A stretch of DNA of 64,000 nucleotides from Felis catus (GCF_018350175.1 NC_058368.1:134108001-134172000); one strand, 5' to 3'. Counted from the stretch's first letter, positions 13,371-26,715 are shown. Program-made: numbers and translations. Notes: generated by a model not told the origin, from the sequence alone.

Positions 13371-14059
13371 GACAAGAGAAACCAGGAAGTTCTCAGGAAG
13401 AGAAGAAGCAGGGGCTGAGCAGGCAGGAAAACAAGCAACTAGCCGAGGCCCTCAAACCTCAGCCTTGACCCGTAAACATCTGGATTTTATCCTCCTGGTT
13501 ACATGGGTCACCCTGGCGATACCCTGTCTTAGTTAGACTAAGAGCCCCGCTGGTGGTGATTACAAACCTGACTGAGTAGTGTATTTGAGGCAGAGGTTGA
13601 GAGAGTTGTTGCTTTGTGTTTTAGTTGCTGGAGTGCAAATCAGTGGCATGAAAAATAAACACATTTTTCTCTCTTGATTAAAGTAGGTTCTTTACCAGTC
13701 GTTAGCTTTGTTTACTTGAGAGTAACAAAGCCTCAAATATTTTACTTCTCAGATTGTTGTGAATTTCTGCCCATACACTTCTCCCCAGTAAGTAGTAATT
13801 CAGGTAATTCAGGGGAGGGCTTGCTGTGTATGGACTCATGGTTAGACAACCACCCGATCCCTGTTTAGCAATATGTCAGATGAGCGTGTCCTAGTAGTTT
13901 ATAGAGTTGGGCATGGAAGGAATTTCAGGGAACGTTTAGTCCAGTCTCCCTTATTACTCACAAAAGGAGACTGAGATGCAGAGAGGCCATGTGATTTGTC
14001 CAAGGTAGTGCAATGCGTTTGGCAGTGTAGACCAAGTAGTGGCCATGAGCTGCGCGCCA

Positions 14060-15188
14060 TTATATGTAGCCCTTGCTGCCTCTACATGCCCTCCCTGTCT
14101 GCAAGAGAACCAGATCAGAGCCCCTATAACAAGGTATCTTTTGAGGAGTCTATCTGGCCACTTGGTGGCAAAGTGGCTACGTGGGCCCGTCCTTGAAAGG
14201 CCGGTGGCTCATACTCACAGGTTAGATACCGACTCTAGGTATCTATTCGCTTTTCCTGTCTGCACAATCTCAGCCAGCGCCATTAACCAGAGACTCACAA
14301 AAAAGCTTGACTGACAGATAAGGATCCTATTTTGGATCCAACTTTATAGCAAAGGAGGAGTGGGAGTGGGATTAGGACCATAGTTTCTGCCAATCTTGCT
14401 GCATTCTACACCATCCATCATTCAGAAGGAGCTGACCTCAGAAAGTCCTGCAATCATTCAAAGGCATGGCCGATGCACTGGAGGCAGCTCTTTGAAAGGC
14501 TGGAGGGCTATCCTTTAAGTTGCAGTTCAGACAGTAAATCACAGCCCTCTCTATGATATTGTGTCTCCAATAGGAAAAACATGTGAGTCTGGGAAATATT
14601 AGTAGGTCAGTGGGAAATCACTCCCAATGACCCTGTGGAGATTTTGTGCTTTCTGTCCTTGTAACTCTGGGCCTGAAGGCTTACAGATCATAAGCTTTTG
14701 TCAGAGGCCACCATCATGTCCTCTTGAAGTCCAAGATACCTCTGCTGCCAAGCACTTTAGACGATTTGTGTCCAGGAGCCAGCCGGCAAGAAGAGGTCAC
14801 CACCCTGACAGCAGGGTCAGTAGAGCTGTTTGCACCCTGGGGCCAGGAAGAAACGTGCACTCAACCTTCTGATCCACTTTGACATCTGCCAGCATACCCT
14901 TACCCCGCTAGAGCTGTGAACAGATAGGGGCAGCCCTTCACTGCCCAGAAGGGTGTGATTTCCCAGAAGGAATGAAAGTTTGGGTCGCACTGCCAGAAAA
15001 GTCACCAAGATCTGCCACAATGATAGTGGAGGGTGAGGGAGTTTTGAATGGATAGTGGAGGAGAGAGAGGGTAAGAACCAGCTATGGCCCTGAGACCACC
15101 AACTCTGAGTAAGAGATGCTGTCCAAGAGCCATGGAGGAGCATGTCCCAGGCCCGTGTACAGAATAAACTTCTACAGCACAGGTGGAG
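14060..15188 (+). mobile_element. Decayed ERVL (ERV3-16A3-like) internal region: integrase core and 3' region with polypurine tract
   Basis: gccacttggtggcaaagtggctacgtgggcccg reads ATWWQSGYVGP (ERVL IN ATWWQVDYIGP); ORF 14039..14314 contains LDTDSRYLFAFPV (IDTYSGYGFAFPA); gaaggaatgaaagtttgggtc 3' motif; frameshifted. Confidence 0.82.
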
Positions 15189-15623
15189 TGTGGTGGCTAT
15201 GAAAATGAACTCTCAGACTTCCTGCTGTAGGAGCATACATGACTGAAGCCTCCAGCTGCTGACCTACCACCATATTCCTCCTGGACCCTTGCTTCCACAG
15301 GCTGTTTTCAGCCAGTGACCAGTGCAGTGGGACTAATGCAAGCCCTTTCCCTATAAGATACGGGAATCCTCTGATGGGCAACTTTGGCTTGAGTACTTCC
15401 CATTGGCCCATCCAAGACTTTCTTGTATTTTCTGAGGCTCTGCCTGCCCAAACTTCTTCCCCCTTCTCCTTCATAGGACTCAGACCTGCATTACAGTTTA
15501 AGGTTCTTCTCTACCTTCTCTGGCTCCCTTCCTTGTTTCCTTTACAAGTGCTTCCTCCAAAAGATCTCTTGTGTATCTAGGCCTATCTTGGTTTCTACTT
15601 CTCAGAGGCCCTGAATTAACACA
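15189..15623 (+). mobile_element. LTR16-family (ERVL) 3' LTR
   Basis: TG start (tgtggtggctatgaaaatg) directly after purine-rich aggtggag; ends ...ttctcagaggccctgaattaacaCA. Confidence 0.8.
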
Positions 15624-16029
15624 GAAGTGCTCTTGACCCTCTCACTGAGTCTTCTGTCACTGAATTTGGGTGTGGGCTACCATCTGGCCTGTGTCTTCCT
15701 CTCTGGCCCCCAACCCCCAAACAGCATTTCTCATTTGTCCTTACGGAGTGGACATCTCCTGAAGGCTCCCTTGTTGCTCTGTTTTTTCTACTATCACCTG
15801 CTCAGATTTTTATGTTCAAAACGTTGAATTAAAGCCCATAAATCCTGCTCAGTGGACTACATGCTACCCTCAGTCTCTTTACTTGAAGTGCCTGCTCTGT
15901 GTCAGAGTGAATCCTGCATCACTGAGGGACATCTTCAGAGGTAGTGGCTAGTCCTGTTCTGCAGACACTTGGAGATCTAGGCTTACCATGGCCTTGTAGT
16001 GTTCCTCATGAGTTCAGCACTCTTTTCAG

Positions 16030-16180
16030 GTACACATTTAATCCCTACAACAGTTCCATGAGGTATGGACTCTTAGTATCCTCTTTTTACAGAGGAGGAA
16101 ATAAGAGAAGATCCTTTAAGTAACTTGCCTCTGAACCTACAGTTAGTAAATCCTATGGTGGCAGGATCTGAACCAAGGCA
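16030..16180 (-). mobile_element. MIR
   Basis: catttaatccctacaacagttccatgaggta...ttttacagaggaggaaat...taagtaacttgcc. Confidence 0.7.
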
Positions 16181-17430
16181 GGAGGTGGAAGAGAGAAAGG
16201 AGACGATAATTAGAGAAGGAGATTAGGTCAAAGGAAGACCTCTTTTTGGGGTCCTCCTTAACTTACGAGTCACAGTTCTGGACCTACATTTTTGGTTTGT
16301 TTTTGTTTTTGTTTTTAAATCAAGAAAATGCATGTGTTACACCAAATGATTTACTGCTTGCTTATTCATTTGTTTTCTTTCTTGCTTGTTGGTTTGTATA
16401 GTGATAGCAAAACACCCACAGAGCTGTGAATTCTCTGTGACTCTTGGTCTCTCTTGCCTTGTCTCCTCTCAGCTTTTCTAGGGTTGGCACCTAGGGCGCC
16501 ATAGCTCTGGACATTCTTAGTTGCAGATATACCAGCCACTCCTATAACCCTGATACTGTAATAATCTGATTACTTTCTCTCATTCTTTGTTTTTAAACAA
16601 GAATAAGGAGGATATACAAATTCTTGTAAGACCCTGCACAACACAAAGCAAGGACAGATGGATGATTTTTGCATCTGAGTTTCTGGGCACCATGTGTGAA
16701 CCCTTTGGCAGTAGCATGTGTGTGCAGGGTAGCAACTGGGATGGAACCTTCTCAGTGAGGTCCCTTCATGTCACCAGCCTGGGGCCCTTGTGACACCCAG
16801 CATGTTGGAGCAGAGTTAGATGGAGCCTGGGGGATTTGAGCAGGTGGGACAGAACAAAAGGACAGAACAGAGCTGATCAGCTTTTAATGTCTAGGCGGCT
16901 AAATCAGGATTAACCTTTTTTGCCTTTTGTGCTGATGAGATTCAGAGAGCCCTGCACGTCGCCCAGCTTACAAGCAGACTTTCTGCTAAATAAGATTTGG
17001 GTCATAAACAGTAGCCTAGATATGCACCACTAGTTACAAAGTAATGATGCCCTGGAATTGAAATCTATATGTTAATTTCAAATTCCATTTGAATTAATTG
17101 GACTGATATTAGGGGAATAAAAACCTTTGTCAGTTTGTTTCAAGCTTTGTCTTAATGGGAACGGTAAAACACCACGTTTTTTTTCCAACCTCATTTTTCA
17201 CTGTATCTATTGATGGTGCCATCTTTATTCCCACAGAATATTTAAGTACTCGATGCCACCTGTTTGTCCATTGTCTTATGTGCAGTAGGTGCTTAAAATA
17301 GGTATCAAAAACAAGTCTCTATAATTGTACCAAATGGCTAAGAATGAATCTACCTCGGGGGATGTAATATTTGTGATGTTTTACTACATGTCAGGCACTT
17401 TATTTTCTACGTAAAACTTTTTGCTTCTTT

Positions 17431-17664
17431 AAAAAAATTTATTTATTGATTTATTTTGAGGTAGAGAGAGAGAGCAAGCATGTACAAGGGGGGGCAGGCA
17501 GAGAGAAAGGGGGGGGGAAGAGAGAGAGAGAGAGGGAGAGAATCCCAAGCAGGCTCTGCACTGTCAGTACAGAGCCTGATGTGGGGCTTGAACTCACAAA
17601 CCGTGAGATCATGACCTGAAATCAAGAGTCAGATCCCCAACTGACTGAGCCACCCAGCCGCCCC
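17431..17664 (-). mobile_element. Can-SINE
   Basis: Full body; TSD ctttttgcttctt at about 17416 and 17668. Confidence 0.95.
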
Positions 17665-17696
17665 AACCTTTTTGCTTCTTAAAACATCCCATGTTT

Positions 17697-17919
17697 GGGG
17701 TGCCTGGGTGGCTCAGTTGGTTGAGCGGCCGACTTTGGCTCAGGTCACGATCTCGCAGTCCATGAGTTCGAGCCCTGCGTCGGGCTCTGTGCTGACAGCT
17801 CGAAGCCTGGAGCCTGTTTTGGATTCTGTGTCTCCCTCTCTCTGACCCTCCCCCGTTCATGCTCTGTCTCTCTCTGTCTCAAAAATAAATAAACGTTAAA
17901 AAATTTTTTTTAAAAAAAT
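17697..17919 (+). mobile_element. Can-SINE (young felid type)
   Basis: ggggtgcctgggtggctcagttggttgagcggccg, CpG-rich; TSD aaaacatcccatgtt at 17681 and 17920. Confidence 0.97.
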
Positions 17920-17934
17920 AAAACATCCCATGTT

Positions 17935-18320
17935 CAAATGAGGACTCTGCCATTCAGAGATGTTAAATAACTTGCTTGTGGCAGACGGTAGAACCAGCAT
18001 TCAGATTCACATATTGTGACTTTAAATCCAGTGCTTTATTTCTCCCTTGCGTTTGTGTGTTTACTGTAGAGACTCCGTGGGAAAAGGCGAAAAGACCATG
18101 GCTCTGATAGCAGAAAAACCCATGATCAATAGGCATCTCTGTGGCTACTGTGGTTGTATGACCCTTGGAAGCCTCTTAATCTCTGTCTGTCTCTATTTCT
18201 TTATCTTTAATATGGTGATAATTTTTAACACACTGAGCTGTTTTAGTGATTACTAATGTGTAGTCCTGAGATAGTATGGGTGAAACCATTAACATGTTGT
18301 TGCCTGTTCATAGTTAGCTC
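17935..18320. mobile_element. MIR fragments
   Basis: agagatgttaaataacttgc core (reverse) and tgtatgacccttggaagcctcttaatctctgtc (forward). Confidence 0.55.
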
Positions 18321-20059
18321 TCTTTCCCTGACACTTGTTCCTAGCTCTTTTTGTTGCGATGGCCCTTCTGTTTTGAGCCAGGACATTGTACATTGTTAGC
18401 CGAGCGTCTTTATGGGGAATAAATTTTTAAAATATCACCCTTTTTGAAGCATGTTTCAAACCTCCTCATATTGTTTTAACATATCTCCTCTTGTGGTGAA
18501 GTTGCACTGTATACAAGCAAGGTTTCATATGAAAAGAGAAATAAAGTTGATTGTGGGCTGGTGGCTTCCTGATCGATATTCACTAACAATAAGGCCCTGG
18601 AACTTGACTAATGGCCTTGTATCTTATCACCAGCTAAACTCTCCTAATCATTGCTCAGTTATTTAAGGATTCTTTTTGTTCCAGTTTTTCTGCAGATCTG
18701 GCCAGATGTGTCCAAAAGGCTTGGGCCAAAGTTAAAAACCCTGTTAGTGTTAGGTTTGGGATATTTGGTGAGGTAGGATGTAGGATGAGATCTCAAGGTT
18801 AACTTATAAGGCTTGACCCCACTTCTGATAACCCAGTGCTTTGCGTTGGGGGTTGTGCCATCAAAGAAAAGCGCTCCATCAGGAAGGGTTTCAGCCTTTC
18901 ACCTCACCCCTTGAAAGGGTCCTAGATGGACCCATCAAATTCCTGTCTTTAGGAAAAAAAGGTACAGCCAGTTTTCAGGCCATGTGTAAATACCACATGA
19001 GCTAATTTGAATATCTAATGTAATAACTATGCATATTAGTGGCTCCAGAATTAGACTTGTCTCATACTAAGGAATCCAGGTATCAGCAGAGTTGATGAGT
19101 TCATCATTTAACGTACACCTTTATCTCTCATTCCTGTTAACATTATTCTTAACTTTCCTTCAGCTTTATCTTTTGATTATTCCAGCTATCTGTTGTTGTA
19201 GGATAGGCTGTAACTTTTATTTCCTACAAAGCAGTTATTCCTTTTTACTTACATAATTATTATCTCCCCTATAGATGCCTAAGCAGTACAAGATGTTCAC
19301 ATAGAAAAAACTTGCAAATATATAACAGAACCATTTCCTCGCTTTGTAGCATTACATTTGACCTTAGGGGCAAATCATGCTTACATTGTCCTTTGTCCTC
19401 TGAATCAAGCCATATAATTTTCATCACTGTCAATCCTACCCAGTTGTAAATGAAGAAAGAAAATAACACAATGCACTGATTTGATTACATAAACATTGTG
19501 TTCTAGCCATATCACACACATACCATCATGTGAAATATATCATACACGAAGGCTTAAACCTTTGTAACCTGAGGATTTATTCTGTGTCCACTTTATTCAT
19601 CTTTGTTTCATTAGTTGGAGGTTGGTGATTGCGCACAGATTACTGTGAAAATGCCCATTAGCACCTAGGGAATCTGAGAAATGACTTCGGCGGATGTAAG
19701 CAGCTGATGCTGATTTGGGTTAACAGCCTCTGTGTTTCCATGCCCACATTCTAGAGCTGATTGAAAATAAGGTTGTTTGTTCCATCACCCAGAACTTATC
19801 ATTTATGTGCATATTATATTTTGTGTAAGGATATATGAACCTAGACAGCGATGTAGGTTACACAGTTAACTTGTAACGTTGATTTTCACAGGTGGCCAGG
19901 GTGGGAGTGATTGTTAATCTTTTATACTTAAAATTGTATATTGTTTGAATTGGTATATCATAGTACTTTTTTAAAAAAATCCAAAAAAAAAAAAGAAAAG
20001 GCAAAATATGATTTATAAGGAAAAAAGTAATGAACTAAATCAGTGTTTAAAATTGTGCA

Positions 20060-20206
20060 TATAGTTCACCTGTGGATTTTGTTCAACTACATTCTGAATC
20101 ACTTGGTCTCAGGTGGAGCCTGCGTTCTAATTGATGCGTTCTAATAAGATGCAGGTGACACCAATGCTGTGTACCCTTCCATGGATCACAGTTAGAAGAG
20201 CAAGGA
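20060..20206. mobile_element. MER5-like MITE fragment
   Basis: ttctgaatcacttggtctcaggtggagcctg...gcaggtgacaccaatgctg...ggatcacagttagaagagcaagg. Confidence 0.55.
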
Positions 20207-21287
20207 CTTAGAACTGGAAATAGATAAGTGGACTTGGTCTTCACATGAAAAACAAGAAGGAAGTAGTGTTATTTTTTAGTTCTATATCGTTCCTCCTACA
20301 AAAGGAGGGAACTTTCCAGAAACTTCTCAAGTCCAGATTAAAATCCTTTTTCAGACCAGAGCAGTAGCTTATAGGGAGGTTGGTTCCTTCAGTACAGTGC
20401 TCACACAGAGTAGGTATCCCATATAAACAATGACAGTGAAATCACTCTAGCATGCATTTCCTCTGAAAGCATTTGCTTTAGAAGAATTCATTGCAGCCTG
20501 TTTCCTCAAAGAATTTATGCTCCTGTTGTAGAAATAAGACTTAAAAGTCATCTGTGCCTGGTGGAAAGTAGTGCTGTTTGTAGGAAAGTGGAAGATAGGG
20601 CAGCTTGAAGGCAAGTGTGAGGTAAATACAAGACACATGCAAAGAGCTTTCGCATTCAGAGGCTGAATTTGGACTAAACTTACAGACCCAAAAGGGTTGG
20701 GTCATGCAGAGAGTAAAGTAAAGGTTGACTCTCTAGATGCAGTAGTTGTTTCTAGAAGGTGACTCTTGGGTGCTTGAGAGAAGCTGAGAGTTTACTAGCT
20801 TCAGGTTTCATGCAGCCCAAGTGGGATTAGCCACTGATTAGCTAGGAATTGCTGACCAGGATCAGCTCTGTTGAGCGAAATCTCATTCTCCTCATCACAT
20901 CCTCATATTCAATTACTCTGACTAAAATAAGTATTTGAGTCGTGTCTGCCAGATGGTCAGCTTTCTTTGCTCTAGAAGAGCTGTTAATTAAAGTGGATTA
21001 AGGAGAAAAATACTTGGTAGGAAATGTATAAATAAATGAATTGCTTATTATATCTTTGTACTATTATTCGAAAATTCCATAAGGGACGTGGAAAAGGACA
21101 GAAATACTGTTCAAGTCAAATACCTAATGTTCTCAAAGTAGATGAGGCAGACAGTGGGCCAGAATGTCTGCATCTTCAGATTTCACATGGCAAGCATGGC
21201 TTAGGGCATGCTAAGTTGGTGACTTATTTGGAGTATAGACTTGTTAGTAGTATTTTATCCATTGTCATTCACATGGGTAGCTTTTTT

Positions 21288-21502
21288 AAAAAATTAATTA
21301 ATTAATTAATTAATTTATGAGACAGAGACAGAGCATGAGCAGGGGAGGGGCAGAGAGAGAGGGAGACATAGAATCGAAAGCAGGCTCCAGGCTCTGTGAG
21401 CTGTCAGCACAGAGCCCGGCGCAGGGCTCAAACTCACAGACTGTGAGATCATGACCTGAGCTGAAGTCGGACGCCCAACTGACTGAGCCACCCAGGCATC
21501 CC
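21288..21502 (-). mobile_element. Can-SINE
   Basis: Typical body; TSD tgggtagcttttt at 21274 and 21503. Confidence 0.96.
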
Positions 21503-22089
21503 TGGGTAGCTTTTTATAAATATCATCATTCTCGTGTGACTTTACAATGTGCATTTTTTTGCACATGGCTTTTCATTTGGGAGACCCTTGTTTTTCCAGT
21601 GGGAGGCAACGTGTAATTTGTATGCAGTCTGGTGAGATGAAAGGACCACCATAATGGAAATTGGATTTAAAGCTGTTTTTCAGAATTGTGTTCATGGTGT
21701 TAGGTTCAGGCTACTCACATTACCATATGCAATTGCAATGCAGCTGGTTGTCCAACAAAGAAGAAATGGATTTTTCACATTTCCAGTTAGCTGAGGTGAA
21801 TCGGTGACAACTTCATTCAGTGACCCAGTGAGGTCTGTGACCAGTGACTGTATGAATAGGAAAGTGTCACTGTGTGAGCATTTGAGAATTAATGCTAACC
21901 TTACAAAAAATCAGTAAATTCAAAGCTACTTGAATTTTCTATGAGTTAAGGATTTTGATTAACCGTATTTAGTAATTCTATTATGCAGACTTACCTCTTA
22001 GATTGTATATAGGTACAGCGTTGGGAGGGATGAGATTGAGGATGGAGGTACAGACCCTAGGAGAAACAGAACTGTCCAGAGGCTATGGA

Positions 22090-22400
22090 CTCAGCGCTGG
22101 AGACAGAATTCAGTTCCAGATTCAGATCCTAGTCCTTTAGCTTAACCATCTCCGTGATGTTGGGTGAGTCGCTTAACTGAATTTCTTCATCATCAAAATG
22201 ATAATCGAACAACTAACATTTTGAGAACAATTACTGGGCATGAGATAGGGCTCTAAGCACTTGCTGTGGATTACTTCATTTAATTATTACCAATAGGAGC
22301 AACTTCACAGAGGTGTGCAGGAGGAGGGTAACTGAAACAGCGCATATAAAGCACCCCATCTATGCAGTGGTTGCTGCTGATGGTTGTGACTTTTGCTGCC
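22090..22400. mobile_element. MIR fragments
   Basis: gtgatgttgggtgagtcgcttaac...tttcttcatcatcaaaatgataat; reverse piece tctaagcacttg...cttcatttaat. Confidence 0.6.
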
Positions 22401-22517
22401 CTTATCATTATCATCTTCACCACTAGCTAGAAGGAAGTCTACATATAAAGGAGGGTGACACTTTGCTTCTCATTGAGCAGAGTCTATCACTGGCTGTATT
22501 TATCAGAGCTAGCAGTT

Positions 22518-22735
22518 AAAAAAAATTTTTTTAATGTTTATTTGTTTTTGAGACATTGCAAGAGACAGAGTGTATGCAGCAGAGGGTCAGACAGAGGGAG
22601 ACACAGAATCAGAAGCAGGGTCCAGGCCCTGAGCTGTCGGTCCAGAGCCCGAAGTGGGGCTCGAACTCATGAGCTGTGTGATCATGACCTGAGCCAAAGT
22701 CAGACGCTTAACCACCTAAGCCACTCAGGTACTGC
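22518..22735 (-). mobile_element. Can-SINE
   Basis: TSD tcagagctag(c/t)agtt at 22503 and 22736. Confidence 0.95.
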
Positions 22736-23134
22736 TCAGAGCTAGTAGTTTATAAAGTGCCAACTGAGAGGCACCGGATACACTGGATATATTTGAAAGA
22801 TGTCAATGATGCTTTTCATTCTTCCATAGATAATTTAGAACTAAATGCCTCCCGAGCTTGTTTGTATAACCCATTCATCCAGAACCTTCCCCAAATATCC
22901 ACGGGTTCATTGTACATTTTGAGTCCTGAAGTAATGATGTGTTTGACAGTTAGTTACTTAGCATGAATAACACGTATCTTCAAATGAAGAAGCATTCATT
23001 GGTAAGAAGAAAGATGACCATAGCTCCCTGGAGCTCGTAGACTGTTTGATTATGACCATTCACCTCACTATACAGTCTAGTTACCTAAAAGAAGCAAACT
23101 ATTCTGATGGTACTAAATAAAAATGAGAATTATC

Positions 23135-23460
23135 TTCACATTCATTTCACACATGTTTACTAGTGCCTCTGTATGGCAGGCACAGTTGTAGGTTTTGGGA
23201 ATATAGCAGTGAATGCCACAGACAAAAATTACTGTACTCTGGAACTCACGTTCCAGTAGAGACACACTTGCACAGACAGCAAATACATACACACGTACAT
23301 AAATATGTACATACATATGTGTAGGGTGTGTGTGTGAGAGTGTGAGAGAGAGAAAGGGAGGAGAGCACAGCTAGAATGGAAGGCCCGGGATTAAAGTTTT
23401 CAATGGGGTCCCAGGGAGGGACACTCTGAGGAGGTGCATTTGCACACTGATAAACTCAAT
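23135..23460 (-). mobile_element. L2 3' end
   Basis: ttcatttcacacatgtttactagtgcctctgtatggcaggcacagttgtagg...atatagcagtgaa...ggaactcacgttccagt. Confidence 0.75.
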
Positions 23461-24221
23461 CATGTGGATTGTTAGAGATACAGCTTTTGCTCTCCGCCAA
23501 GATAAATGACACCCACGGTGTATTTTTGGGTGCCCTGAAATACTTACCATTAGATGTGTTTCCCAGTGTATTAATACCGTGTGAATGTGAGTTAGCCGGG
23601 ATAAATGACCCACAGGGGCAGATGACAGAGTACCTCATGGGACTGCAGATCTCTAACTCAGCAGCAGTGGCAGGCAGCCAGCCCTGGACAGTTGAGGAGT
23701 GAGACTGAGGGTGCTAGGGCTCAGCCAGAACATGCTTAACATTTCAACCATCTAGGAAGACTTCTTCTTCGTTTTTACATCTGCCCTCCTTGCTTCCAAA
23801 CAGTGTTAGGCACCTTTCTCCCAGCTTTGTAGACTTGCCTGCTCCAGAAGGCCCTGGAACGTCTGCCAGATGGGGCACTTGAATTGAGCAAGGTGGTGGG
23901 AGAGAAATGGCCTATTAACTCTGCCTATTAAGAAATGGCACTGTGAGCATATGTCCTACTTCCTTAAGGAAGTAATCTAAGTTTGTCAGCTGTACTGAAA
24001 TTTTATATTCATTCTACTTGTTGATGCCTCAAGTTAGTAAGCATTTTACCTTTGTTTTGCTATATCCCATTTTAGGATTTTTGAAATCAGAAAAAGAACT
24101 GTTATCAACTGTAGATGTTCCATTTTCACTTTGTAAAAAAAAAAAAAGACTCCTAATTCATGGCAAATGTATTTATTGTCTCAATTTCAGTTCTTTTAAT
24201 TGTAGATAAGGAAAGTCCTGA

Positions 24222-24683
24222 TGATAGAGTAAACCTAATTTAGGATAGGGAAAGAGATGGGAGGAAGGGCTGTGGCCTCTTGAGACATTTTACGGTACAA
24301 AAGGGTGTTTTTATTATAGCACAGAGACAGGACCCGTGGGGAGACAGCTGCGTTGCGAGTGGAAGGAGTGGCTGATTATATAGGGTTTTCGATCCTCTGG
24401 AGGTGAAGGTGATGTTAGGGCTCCTGGCAATTGAGTCTATAGGTTCCTGGAGGCCTATTATTAAGATTGTGCTTTTCTTGTAAATCATTAAGACAGTTAG
24501 AAACTAGAGAGGAGTTTCATATCCTGCATGACTGTGATCTTTATCAGTTGACCATTTGTTTCCCCCTGACTTTGTTCTTAGACAGTCATGAGTGCCCTAG
24601 GAATGTTACATGTAGCCCACCTTAAGGGGGCCCTGGGGGGATGGCAGCTCAGTTTACCCTCAGCTCGCCTTTTGCTCTCTCAT
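24222..24683 (-). mobile_element. Carnivore ERV solo LTR (subfamily not assigned)
   Basis: tttttattatagcacagagacaggacccgtggg...gagtggctgattatata gives minus-strand TATATAA then AATAAA in LTR order; TG...CA ends plausible. Confidence 0.65.
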
Positions 24684-24801
24684 TGGCTTCCATTCTTACC
24701 TCTTCTCCCACTATGGTCTACATGGGAAATTAACCCTATGAAAGCCTCTCACTCAGTCTTTCCTGTTGCTGACCTAACAGTCTCAAGGGGTTAAAGTGTT
24801 T

Positions 24802-24804
<3 letters not shown>

Positions 24805-24846
<42 letters not shown>
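24805..24846. repeat. (CA)n microsatellite
   Basis: Seen directly. Confidence 0.97.
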
Positions 24847-24847
<1 letters not shown>

Positions 24848-25339
24848 ACTTAGTAAGCCCTTTAAAATACAGAATTAATTTTAGAATCTCTTAAGTAAGT
24901 TTTCTCAAATGGAAAAGCTAATATTTCTAGGAAGAGAAAATGACCAGCCTGGAGAGTCTCATATTTGGGTTCAGCAAAGTGTATTCTGAATAGTGGAAAA
25001 CCTATAAAAGACAGTGAAAGCTTTAAAAAAAATCCCTTTTACCCATTAATTTCAAAAATGTTTTAGTTTTTTTTTTTGAAATTTACAATGGCCCTGATAC
25101 TACTTGCAAATTTCATTTTGCAATTAGTTGTTCTTGTGCCTCACTTATTTTCATTTAGTCTCCTTCATTTTTAAGTTCTACCAGTAGAATTTGTTTGCAG
25201 CTGCTTTTTAATATAGAGTGATGGGCTTGAAGTGTTTGTATGTGTGTAGTGAAGAAGACATGAGCCTATACTTCTTCGGTAAGGGATCTTCTATGTCCAA
25301 TCGACTTCTGTTTGCTGCCCGTTAAGGTAATGGGTTCAC

Positions 25340-25900
25340 TTAGCTGCATCAGAAGGAAACTTGTGCCCTCTTTCCTCTTCATTCCTGCCCCCATCCTGTT
25401 TATCCATTGTTGATGTGACCATCTCATTTACAGAGAGTCTTATGTATCTCCCTCTCTGGGCCCGACTTCTCTCCTGAGCTCTAATTTCATTTCCCTCTCT
25501 GATAACTTGGCGGTCCTATGCATATTCCACTCGAGTGCATCTAAAACTGTGCTCATCTTTCTCTAAAGTCCCACTCTAGATTTTCCTGTTTCCTTCAGTG
25601 TGCCTCCAGTCTCACTGCAGCTGAAAACTTCTGTCTGCTTTTGTTTTCCTTCCCCTCCCATCCCTAACATACACAGCCATCAATCAGAGCCCCATGCCAT
25701 TGACTCCTCCATTCTGTGTCTTCCCCTCATCTCATTTTTGTGTCTGACCGCCAGCACCCCAGATGTTGACCCTATTCTCTTCATGCCTGGATTATAGCAA
25801 AGACTGTTGGACTCATCTTCCCTTTTGCCCCCACTCACCTCTCTTTTTTTGTTTATTACCATCTGGTTAATATGTATGTTAAGGATGGGACTCTACCTTA
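25340..25900 (+). mobile_element. Degenerate L2
   Basis: Pyrimidine-rich; cccgacttctctcctgagctc...atgcctggattatagcaaagactg. Confidence 0.55.
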
Positions 25901-26589
25901 GAGCTCTTGTATCCCCAGAGGAGAAATTTTCACAACACAGCATTTGAATTCGTTTTTTTTTCAAAAAGAAAAAAGGTCATTTCTGATATTTGCCATATGT
26001 CTCTCGTTCGAAATTTGAAACTGAACACTGTGCAGACTTCAGGAAGTAATGTTATGCAGATAGGTTTGTTTTCTGTGATTATTAGTTGACTAAGGTGATT
26101 TCTAAGGTTTTTCTCAACTTGTAAATTTCTCAGCTCTAAATTTCCATGATAATGGTACTGTAAGAAAATTTATTACATGTGCAGTGCAGTGTGGGAAAAT
26201 GTATAATTAGGGTGCTAATACACATTTTTCTTTAAAAAATACTTATTTAAATTTTGTAAGAACATCTTTTTGTCTTAGTTTTTCTAGTTAGTGAAAATTA
26301 AAGATTTTAAATTTAAAGTTGTACATTCAACTGGATACAGAAAAAATAGATTATGAAATACTTATTTTAAGCAAATATTCAAACGCAAGAAAAAATATTC
26401 CAGTCTGCCAAATGGTCTTTTAAAGAAACCAGAGTAGGAATGCCTGAAGTTAACTAACAGTAGTTCTTAGTCATAGTAGGATGCAAATCATTCACTTTGA
26501 GGAAAGTCTTAATTTATTTAACCTTTCTCTTTTTGATGTGAAGAACTTGGGAGCATATCACATGTATCTTTTAAAATGTTTGCCTCGAT

Positions 26590-26715
26590 GGAGCACCTGG
26601 GTGGCTCAGTCAGCTAAGCATCTGACTCTTGGTTTTGTCTCAGGTCATGATTTCATGGTTTGTGGGTTCAAGCCCCACATTGGGCTCTGTGCTGACAATG
26701 CAGAGTCTGCCTGTG

